A DNA stretch of 37,011 nt, taken from the NCBI GenBank assembly GCA_045655025.1, contig JAZOOM010000106.1, positions 1 through 37,011 of the forward strand. The letters run 5' to 3'. Within the stretch, counting starts at the first letter, position 1. The number at the start of each line of letters is the position of its first letter. This document shows positions 25,932 through 32,732 of the stretch, one piece after another. A program made the position numbers and the translations under genes. Under the pieces are notes generated by a model. The model made no database searches. It worked only from the letters and a program-made list of their open reading frames with translations, and was not told the DNA's origin. The stretch comes from Eubacteriales bacterium (GTDB lineage Bacteria; Bacillota; Clostridia; Oscillospirales; CAG-272).

Positions 25932-26717
25932 TCATACGGTTTTGAGGATCTCCATGAAGGGTCTCGCATCACGGATGGCCGTATCAAAATCCGGCTTCCA
26001 AGTACATTCCAGGCTAATGCGCTCAATGTTGGGACACTGAGCAAGCACAGATGCCACCAGCTTTAATGTCTCCTCATCATCCGCACAAGGCACCAACCGA
26101 TCACCCCGTCTCGCGAAGTGGGCATGAAACAGACGGTCCGCATACGCGGGGAGGGTGGACATATCCTCCTCATTGTTCCAGAAATGATAAAAGTCAACCA
26201 AAGTGCCCACAGAGGGATGTCCCGACAGATCGGCCACGGCTGCCCCCTCTTTCACGGTGTGAATGAAATTACACTCCCTGCGTGACAGGGGCTCTACCAC
26301 GATCCTCATGCCATGCCCTGAGGCAATCTCACCCAGAACGGCCAGCACGTTGGCAAACTGCCGCTCGGTTTCTTCCTTGGTCAGACCCTCGGGAATCCCG
26401 CGGACGTAACCGCTTCCGATGACTGCGACCTTTCCTCCCCACATAGCGGCACGCGAAAAGCCTTTTTCGGCAAAGGCCGCGATATTTTGCAGCAGGGGCT
26501 CCTGACCTCCGTCAAGGGCATACAATTTGCTCCCGCCCGGGAAGAAGATACAGAAGGCCTCTGCCTTGATGGGAGATGCCTGCACAATGGCAGTCATTTC
26601 CGCAAATGCTTGCTCATCGAGGCCCGTCATCCAGCTGAAATTCGGCTCGATATAATCGTAGCCCAATTCCGCTGCCAATTGCATCTTATCCGGTGATGTA
26701 CATACTCCGATCTTCAT
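25932..26717 (-). CDS. Sugar phosphate isomerase/epimerase (xylose-isomerase-like TIM barrel)
   Basis: MKIGVCTSP...GYDYIE...VVEPLSRRECNFIHT...LVDFYHF fits the AP-endonuclease-2/xylose-isomerase-like barrel pattern. The ATG at 26717 lies 8 nt after GGAGG. Confidence 0.78.
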   Translation of the reverse strand: MKIGVCTSPDKMQLAAELGYDYIEPNFSWMTGLDEQAFAEMTAIVQASPIKAEAFCIFFPGGSKLYALDGGQEPLLQNIAAFAEKGFSRAAMWGGKVAVIGSGYVRGIPEGLTKEETERQFANVLAVLGEIASGHGMRIVVEPLSRRECNFIHTVKEGAAVADLSGHPSVGTLVDFYHFWNNEEDMSTLPAYADRLFHAHFARRGDRLVPCADDEETLKLVASVLAQCPNIERISLECTWKPDFDTAIRDARPFMEILKTV

Positions 26718-26847
26718 GATCATTTCCTCCCAATTCAGTTTAAATCATTTCGCAAAAGCAGGCGCAGGGTTTCGTAAGTGATCGTAGGGAATGTCCAAAT
26801 GTTAGCATTATTTTTTATACAAGCAGGAGCGTATGCTTCATTACTTG

Positions 26848-26876
26848 TTGACAAAACACATGATTTGCAGTATAAT
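26848..26876 (+). promoter_or_regulatory. Consensus sigma-A promoter upstream of araC-family gene
   Basis: TTGACAaaacacatgatttgcagTATAAT: perfect -35 and -10 with a 17-nt spacer, leaving a 5' UTR of about 130 nt. Confidence 0.7.
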
Positions 26877-27011
26877 AACGATAAAAAGCAGATAGCATGA
26901 TCCGTTATTGCTTGTAATTATTATACAACAAATCACATTCGAACTCAATGAACAATCGTATGCTTTTACCCATCACTATTTGCACAATATTAATATACGG
27001 AGGCATAAATC

Positions 27012-27746
27012 ATGAATATCGATTACAATGTCTTTCATTATCGCAATGCAAAGCTTCTCAGCGTTTTCGAGCTTCATCCCTGTATCATACAGTATTACGA
27101 CCTTACTATAGTATTGAGCGGTGAGCTTTCCTACCGGGTCAATGAACAGCAGATCACTCTGAAACAGGGAGATATTATGCTGTTACCCCCCGGAACATGG
27201 AGGGCCCGGGATCTGCAAACCAAGGAAGTGCATTATGTCAGCTTCAATTTTTACACGGAGCGTAAAATTGATCTGCCGCTCATCATGAAAGGAGCTGCTA
27301 CCGCCGAGATCCGTGCCCTCTTTAAGGCCTTTACGCCGCCCCATCTTTCCGTTTTGGAAAGAGGCAAGGAAAAAGCAGCCTGTATAGTCGGGTATATTTT
27401 GGAAGCGCTGACGGTTTTCAATCAACATAGCAGCAGAAATCCGCATATTCAAAAGGCTCTCAGCTATATCGATGAACACATTTTCGAGGCGATCAGTCTC
27501 TCCTCGCTTGCCGTTCACCTGCATCTGTCCCGAGAGTATACCGCGTCCCTCTTCAAAAAAGAAGTGGGGGTTCCCGTTTCGGCTTACGTCAATGAAAAAA
27601 AGCTATTGCTCGCCCGCGATCTGATACGTGATGATGAATATTCACTGACAGACATTGCCAAAATGCTCGGTTATGCGAATTACGGATACTTCTCACGGTT
27701 GTACAAAAAACGGTTTGGAGCTTCACCGTCGCAATACCAATCTTAA
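27012..27746 (+). CDS. AraC-family transcriptional regulator (cupin sensor + HTH)
   Basis: The C-terminus DIAKMLGYANYGYFSRLYKKRFGASPSQY is the AraC HTH signature, and the N-terminus is cupin-like. Divergent from the BNR/isomerase operon. Confidence 0.88.
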   Translation: MNIDYNVFHYRNAKLLSVFELHPCIIQYYDLTIVLSGELSYRVNEQQITLKQGDIMLLPPGTWRARDLQTKEVHYVSFNFYTERKIDLPLIMKGAATAEIRALFKAFTPPHLSVLERGKEKAACIVGYILEALTVFNQHSSRNPHIQKALSYIDEHIFEAISLSSLAVHLHLSREYTASLFKKEVGVPVSAYVNEKKLLLARDLIRDDEYSLTDIAKMLGYANYGYFSRLYKKRFGASPSQYQS

Positions 27747-27995
27747 CGTTTTTCTTTCATAATTTGCAATGACCTATTTGGATAGATTGTCATATCTTTT
27801 ATGGTATAATTATATATGATGGAAATAAGTTCCCAATTATTTGCTATTCCCGTCGATTTTCGTGCCAAAATGTTATATTTCTGCCAGCTGATTGCATAAT
27901 TGCGCCAATCGGGATGTAACGGTCATGTGCGTTGTCCCCGGCCGCTAAATCCGAATGTAACCATTCAGCCAATGTTTCAAATTGCTGTTTATCGG

Positions 27996-28184
27996 CCAGG
28001 GCTCTGCCCTGGACCCGCTTAAGGGACTTTTGAAAAAGTCCCTTAAGAATCCCCAAAACTTTCAAAAAAGGATTATTTTACAATACTTTTTGAAAGTTTT
28101 TGGAGTTCTTAGAACCTTCGCAAACTTTGCCGCAGGCAAATTTGCCCCGAGCGTAAGCGAGGATGTTTTCAAAAAGGTTCTAAG
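27996..28184. repeat. Cluster of nested palindromes (REP/MITE-like intergenic element)
   Basis: P1 is CCAGGGC-TCT-GCCCTGG (27996-28012). P2 has perfect 14-bp arms CTTAAGGGACTTTT/AAAAGTCCCTTAAG (28018-28047). P3 has about 18-bp arms (28053-28070 / 28086-28103). P4 has 11-bp arms CTTAGAACCTT/AAGGTTCTAAG (28108-28118 / 28174-28184) and encloses P5, TTTGCC-GCA-GGCAAA (28126-28140). Confidence 0.8.
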
Positions 28185-28238
28185 CCGCCGGAGGCCGTGC
28201 CCCCTCATCGATAAACCCAAATTTGAAGGAGACTCACC

Positions 28239-28835
28239 ATGAGAAAAAAGCGCACCCAGACCACCAAAGCCAAGATTGTATCGGCGGCGTGGAAGCTGTT
28301 CTACGAGCAGGGCTACGAGGACACCACCGTGGACGATATCGTGTACGAGTCCGGCACCTCCAAGGGCTCCTTCTACCATTATTTCAGCGGCAAGGATGCC
28401 CTTCTCTCCTCCCTGTCCTACCTCTTTGACGAGAAGTATGAGGAGCTGACCGACAGCCTCACCCCCGACATGACGGCGGTGGACAAGCTTCTGTATCTCA
28501 ACTACGAGCTCTTCCGCCTCATTGAGAACTCCATCTCCATGGAGCTTCTGGCTCGCCTGCTCTCCACCCAGCTGGTCACCAAGAGCGAAAAGCACCTGCT
28601 GGATCACGACCGCACCTACTACCGCCTGCTCCGCACCATTTTTGCGGATGGACAGCAATCGGGAGAGTTCGGCACCGACTTCTCGGTCAACGAGATGGTC
28701 AAGACCTTCGCCCTGTGGGAGCGGGCCATCCTGTACGACTGGTGTCTGGTGGGAGGCGAATACCCCCTGGCCGAGTACGGCCGCCGCAATCTGCCCCTGA
28801 TCCTCACGGGATACAAGGCCCACGTCGACGCGTAA
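28239..28835 (+). CDS. TetR/AcrR-family transcriptional regulator
   Basis: KAKIVSAAWKLFYEQGYEDTTVDDIVYESGTSKGSFYHYF is the canonical TetR N-terminal HTH. The ATG lies 8 nt after AAGGAG. Confidence 0.9.
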   Translation: MRKKRTQTTKAKIVSAAWKLFYEQGYEDTTVDDIVYESGTSKGSFYHYFSGKDALLSSLSYLFDEKYEELTDSLTPDMTAVDKLLYLNYELFRLIENSISMELLARLLSTQLVTKSEKHLLDHDRTYYRLLRTIFADGQQSGEFGTDFSVNEMVKTFALWERAILYDWCLVGGEYPLAEYGRRNLPLILTGYKAHVDA

Positions 28836-28965
28836 ATCCCCCGTCCGCCCCTTTTGCAAGTGAGATTGCCCTCCTCTTTCATAATTTGTTCTTGGGGATT
28901 TTTCACAAAAATTTTGAGTGATTTTCACCTTTCACAAAAAGACCGTACTGCGGTCTACATAAAAA

Positions 28966-29010
28966 GCCGTTTCGTTTCAATTGCTTTTGATTCGAAACGG
29001 CCATTTTTAT
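28966..29010 (+). terminator. Terminator after tetR-family gene
   Basis: GCCGTTTCG...CGAAACGGC (9-bp stem plus inner pairing) is followed by CATTTTTAT. Confidence 0.6.
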
Positions 29011-29040
29011 CCATTTCTCCGTACATAGTCCGTTCTGTAT

Positions 29041-29069
29041 TTCAGTCTAATTTGATTTGTGCTATAATA
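29041..29069 (+). promoter_or_regulatory. Candidate putP promoter (weak -35, extended -10)
   Basis: TTTCAG-17 nt-TGcTATAAT (gatttgTGcTATAAT), 32 nt upstream of the ATG at 29102. Confidence 0.4.
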
Positions 29070-29101
29070 CTACATCTTTTGATTCTGAAAGGAATATTAT
29101 C

Positions 29102-30652
29102 ATGCAAATCTCGGATTGGATCATGCTTGGCACCATCGTCCTGTACATGGCCATGATGCTGGCCATCGGTGTGGCCGTTTCCAAAAAGAACAAGACCGCG
29201 GGAGATTTCTTCCTCGGTGGCCGTAAGCTGGGCCCGCTGGTCACCGCCATGAGCGCGGAGGCCTCGGACATGAGCGGATGGCTCCTCATGGGTCTGCCTG
29301 CCGTCGCCATGATGGGCGGCCTCGCGGAGGCTTCCTGGACCGCCATCGGTCTGGCCATCGGCACTTACCTCAACTGGCTCTTCGTGGCCAAGCGTCTCCG
29401 CGTCTACTCCCAGCGCGTGGATGCCTTCACCATCCCCGACTTCTTCTCCCGCCGCTTCGGTGACAAGAACCGCGTGCTGACCATCATCTCCGCCCTGTTC
29501 ATCGTCATCTTCTTCATCCCCTATACCGCCTCGGGCTTTGCCGCCTGCGGTAAGCTCTTCTCCTCCCTGTTCGGCATCGACTACATGCTGGCCATGGTGG
29601 TGAGTGCCGCCGTCATCGTCATCTACTGCACCTTGGGCGGATTCCTGGCCGCCTCCACCACCGACTTCGTTCAGTCCATTGTCATGACCATCGCCCTCTT
29701 CGTGGTGGTGGGCTTCACCGAGGGCATGGTCAACGGCTTTGACGTGGTATTTGCCAACGTGGGCGAGCTGGAGGGCTTCCTGGATCTCTTCAAGGGTCAC
29801 AACGTGGCCACCGGCGAGACAGGCTCCTACGGTGCACTGCCCGTGGTTTCCACTCTGGCTTGGGGTCTGGGCTACTTCGGTATGCCCCACATCCTCCTCC
29901 GCTTCATGGCCATCGAGGATGAGAACAAGCTGAAGACCTCCCGCCGCGTGGCCTCGGTCTGGGTGGTCATTTCCATGGGTGTCGCCGTTCTCATCGGTGT
30001 CATCGGCTACTCCCTCATGAAGAACGGCATCCTGCCCACCTACGAGAGTGCCTCCGCCGCCGAGACCATCATCGTGGACATCGCCCGCTTCATGAGCCAG
30101 TTCGGCTTTGTTCCCGCCATCACGAGCGGTATCATCCTGGCAGGCATTCTGGCCTCCACCATGTCCACCGCCGACTCCCAGCTTCTGGCCGCCGCCTCCT
30201 CGGTGTCCCAGAACCTCATCGTGGAAGCCTTCAAGGTGAAGGTCTCCGCCAAGACTAACATGATCATCGCCCGCGTCACCGTGGTGGTGGTCTCCATCAT
30301 CGCCATCTTCCTGGCATCCGATCCCAACAGCTCGGTATTCGGCATTGTGTCCTTCGCATGGGCAGGCTTCGGCGCCGCCTTCGGCCCCGTCATCCTCTGC
30401 GCTCTGTTCTGGAAGAGAACCAACAAGCAGGGTGCCATCGCGGGCATGATCGCCGGCGGTGTTACCATCTTCATCTGGAAGTTCGTGATCCGTACCGTCT
30501 TCGCGGACACCATCCTGAACATCTACGAGCTGCTCCCCGCCTTCATCGTGGGCCTCATCACCATCGTCGTCGTGTCTCTGCTGACTCCCGCTCCCTCCCT
30601 GGAGATCACCAACAAGTACGACGAGGTCAAGGAAAACTGCAAGGGCTTCTGA
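29102..30652 (+). CDS. putP: Sodium/proline symporter (SSS family)
   Basis: DFFLGGRKLGPLVTAMSAEASDMSGWLLMGLP and GMPHILLRFMA are PutP-type SSS motifs, and the sequence is hydrophobic throughout in a multi-TM pattern. Trimmed to the ATG at 29102 (MQISDW), after AAAGGAA. Confidence 0.88.
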   Translation: MQISDWIMLGTIVLYMAMMLAIGVAVSKKNKTAGDFFLGGRKLGPLVTAMSAEASDMSGWLLMGLPAVAMMGGLAEASWTAIGLAIGTYLNWLFVAKRLRVYSQRVDAFTIPDFFSRRFGDKNRVLTIISALFIVIFFIPYTASGFAACGKLFSSLFGIDYMLAMVVSAAVIVIYCTLGGFLAASTTDFVQSIVMTIALFVVVGFTEGMVNGFDVVFANVGELEGFLDLFKGHNVATGETGSYGALPVVSTLAWGLGYFGMPHILLRFMAIEDENKLKTSRRVASVWVVISMGVAVLIGVIGYSLMKNGILPTYESASAAETIIVDIARFMSQFGFVPAITSGIILAGILASTMSTADSQLLAAASSVSQNLIVEAFKVKVSAKTNMIIARVTVVVVSIIAIFLASDPNSSVFGIVSFAWAGFGAAFGPVILCALFWKRTNKQGAIAGMIAGGVTIFIWKFVIRTVFADTILNIYELLPAFIVGLITIVVVSLLTPAPSLEITNKYDEVKENCKGF

Positions 30653-30671
30653 TCCCCTGCACATAAAAACG

Positions 30672-30708
30672 TCCCTCTCGCGCAACCGTGCGGGAGGGAT
30701 ATTTTTAC
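30672..30708 (+). terminator. Terminator after putP
   Basis: TCCCTCTCGC-GCAACCGT-GCGGGAGGGA is followed by TATTTTTAC. Confidence 0.7.
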
Positions 30709-30732
30709 GTCCATCGTTGCCGGTACAAAAGG

Positions 30733-30769
30733 CAAAAGAAAAACCGAGTCCTCTGTGGAGGGCTCGGCT
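30733..30769 (-). terminator. Terminator after SGNH lipoprotein gene
   Basis: Minus strand CCGAGCCCTC-CACA-GAGGACTCGG is followed by TTTTTCTTTTG. Confidence 0.7.
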
Positions 30770-30800
30770 TTCCTTTGAGTCATGCAGCGAATGACCTCAA

Positions 30801-32234
30801 TTACTTCATGTTCTCGTAACCGACGAGAGTCTGAAGCAATGTCTGGGCGTACACGCGGTAGAACCAGTCGTTGGGATGGTTGATGTTGTTACCGGAGTAG
30901 TCGTTGAAGGTCTTGTGCTCCTGAACAGCCTTGGACACGGAGTGCACGCAGGCAACGGCAACGGGCTTGCCATCCTTGACGTAGGTCTTAGCCAGAGAGA
31001 GAAGCTGCTTCTCCTGCTGCTTGATGGGGTCGAGATCCCAGTTGGAGCCGGAGTGAGGAGTCATGGTGGAAACGATCATGACGGAGACCTCGGGCTTCAA
31101 CTCATACATAGCGTCGATCATCTTCTTGGTGTTGGCCTTGGTCTGGGTAGCGGCCATACCGCCGTCGTTCATACCGTAGCCCAGCACGAACAGATCACAG
31201 CCGTACTTCTCCACCTGCTCCTTGACAAACTTGTCGTAGTTGGACACGCCGTCGTTGGAGTTCCAGCCGCCGATCGCGGTGTTGACGTAGGTAATGGTGC
31301 CGCGGGTACCCGTGCCGTACTCGGTGGCGGGAACGGTGTGGCAAGGCATGGAAGCCACCAGACCGGTGTTGACGTACTTCACCTTGTAGCCGAACAGGTC
31401 AGCCAAAGCCTCGGTGAAGAGCATGGCGTACGCGCCCTGCTTGGGCTGAACGCCCTCGGAGAAGGTGGAGCATGCGCCCCAGGTGATGGAGTCACCGTAG
31501 AAGAGCACGGTCACATCCTCGCCGTCTACCAGCTTCTTCACGAAGTCCTTGTAGACCTCCAGCTGGCTCTCCTGTACGTAGCCCTCCCAAGCGGCGTCGT
31601 GGGTATAGGTCACGGAGATCTGCCACTGCTTGACCTGGCTCTCACCCCAGAACATGGGCTTGCCGTTCATCTGGATGAGGGAGCCGGGATGGTTGTAGTA
31701 CTTATCAGAGGTGATGACCTTGATGGAGGAGTCGGCGGTGATCTTCAGCTTGCCGTCCTCGACCACGAAGTCCTTGCCCTCCTCGTAGACCTTCTTGCCG
31801 TCGTAGGAGGTGACGGAAACGATCTCCTTGATGGGGAACAGAAGGGACTTCACGTCGCCCTTGTCCAGGAACATGACGGTCTCCTTGACGGAGGTGGTGC
31901 CGCCGAAGATGTTCTGCATGGCCTCGACCATGTCCTCATCCTTGACGTTCAGACCGATCTGATCGGCCACGGGAGGCTCGGTGGGAGCTTCGGTGGGTTC
32001 TTCGGTGGTGGTCTCCTCGGTGGTGGCCTCCTCGGTGGTGGCCTCCTCGGTGGGCTCCTCGGTGGGCTCCTCGGTGGGTGCCTCAGTGGGAGCGGGAGTG
32101 ACCTCGGGAGTGGTCTCCTCGGGGGTGGTGTCGGGGGTCTCGGTAGCCGTGTCGCAGGCGACCAGACCGACGGCCAGAATGCCGATCAGCATAAGGGCCA
32201 GAGCGGCAATGAGGTTGCGGGTTCTCTTGTTCAT
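30801..32234 (-). CDS. SGNH/GDSL-family hydrolase lipoprotein (probable carbohydrate esterase)
   Basis: Lipobox VGLVAC and a T/E/P-rich linker. GDS block VLFYGDSITWGA, GxND block GYGMNDG, and a C-terminal NHPND with the His. RBS AGGAG lies 7 nt upstream of the start. Confidence 0.8.
   Translation of the reverse strand: MNKRTRNLIAALALMLIGILAVGLVACDTATETPDTTPEETTPEVTPAPTEAPTEEPTEEPTEEATTEEATTEETTTEEPTEAPTEPPVADQIGLNVKDEDMVEAMQNIFGGTTSVKETVMFLDKGDVKSLLFPIKEIVSVTSYDGKKVYEEGKDFVVEDGKLKITADSSIKVITSDKYYNHPGSLIQMNGKPMFWGESQVKQWQISVTYTHDAAWEGYVQESQLEVYKDFVKKLVDGEDVTVLFYGDSITWGACSTFSEGVQPKQGAYAMLFTEALADLFGYKVKYVNTGLVASMPCHTVPATEYGTGTRGTITYVNTAIGGWNSNDGVSNYDKFVKEQVEKYGCDLFVLGYGMNDGGMAATQTKANTKKMIDAMYELKPEVSVMIVSTMTPHSGSNWDLDPIKQQEKQLLSLAKTYVKDGKPVAVACVHSVSKAVQEHKTFNDYSGNNINHPNDWFYRVYAQTLLQTLVGYENMK
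31979..32138 (-). repeat. Low-complexity Thr/Glu/Pro linker encoded by short tandem repeats
   Basis: The protein reads TPEETTPEVTPAPTEAPTEEPTEEPTEEATTEEATTEETTTEEPTEAPTEPP. The DNA shows reiterated CTCCTCGGTGG(T/G)G units. Confidence 0.85.
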
Positions 32235-32290
32235 GTTTTTTCTCCTTTTTATTTACAATGCTTGAACAGCAATGTGTACGGTAGTGGGGT

Positions 32291-32731
32291 TTACTTGGTG
32301 CCCGTAGAGCCGAAGCCCCCCGCGCCTCGCTCGGTCTCATCCAAAGAATCGACCTCGGTAAACTGCGCGGTGATGACGGGCATAATGAGGAACTGGGCCA
32401 CGCGATCCCCGGGCTCAATGGTTTGGGGAATACTGCCATGGTTGTGGAGGGCCACCATCAGCTCTCCGCGGTAATCGGAGTCGATGACACCCACCTTGTT
32501 GGCAGGGGCAAGGCCTCGCTTGGAGGCCAGACCGCTGCGGGCGAAATTGAGGCCCACGTAGCCCTCGGGAATGGCCATGGACAGCCCCGTGTGGATCATG
32601 ACGGTCTCGCCGGGGGCAATGACAATGGGATCTCCCTCGGGGAGGGCGTAGAGGTCAGCTCCCGCCGCCCCCGCCGATCCGTAGGTGGGCAGGATGGCCT
32701 TGGGATGCAGTTTCTTGATTTTGAGTTCCAT
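32291..32731 (-). CDS. dut: dUTP diphosphatase
   Basis: AGADLYA, GVIDSDYRGEL and ERGAGGFGSTG are the dUTPase motifs. The ATG lies 1 nt after the GH78 stop (TGA-T-ATG), with GAGGAA 5 nt upstream. Confidence 0.92.
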   Translation of the reverse strand: MELKIKKLHPKAILPTYGSAGAAGADLYALPEGDPIVIAPGETVMIHTGLSMAIPEGYVGLNFARSGLASKRGLAPANKVGVIDSDYRGELMVALHNHGSIPQTIEPGDRVAQFLIMPVITAQFTEVDSLDETERGAGGFGSTGTK

Positions 32732-32732
32732 A

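Noticed and set aside
25799-26044. 81-aa ORF bridging the isomerase 3' end and the 153-nt gap before the BNR gene. Its tail, ILEVADGFLVAYYHSNGTGICLNSTKITKV, faintly resembles a terminal BNR-propeller strand.
   Set aside because: The only ATG starts overlap the isomerase CDS, no RBS is visible, and the similarity is by eye only. It could be a pseudogene fragment, but I cannot support that from sequence alone.
27844-28065. 73-aa ORF (MKVLGILKGLFQKSLKRVQGRALA...) and the overlapping plus-strand ORF 27982-28242.
   Set aside because: Their N-terminal parts are encoded by the palindrome cluster itself, so the same sequence reads as an ORF on both strands. Only the 3' tail (27844-27985) might be a gene remnant, which is noted under findings.
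28901-28940. Exact 11-mer direct repeat TTTCACAAAAA (28901 and 28930) and imperfect palindrome TCACAAAAATTTTGAGTGA (28903-28921), considered as a TetR operator for putP.
   Set aside because: It lies in the tetR 3' UTR upstream of the tetR terminator (28966-29010), not at the candidate putP promoter (29041-29069). A regulatory role cannot be supported without binding or conservation data.
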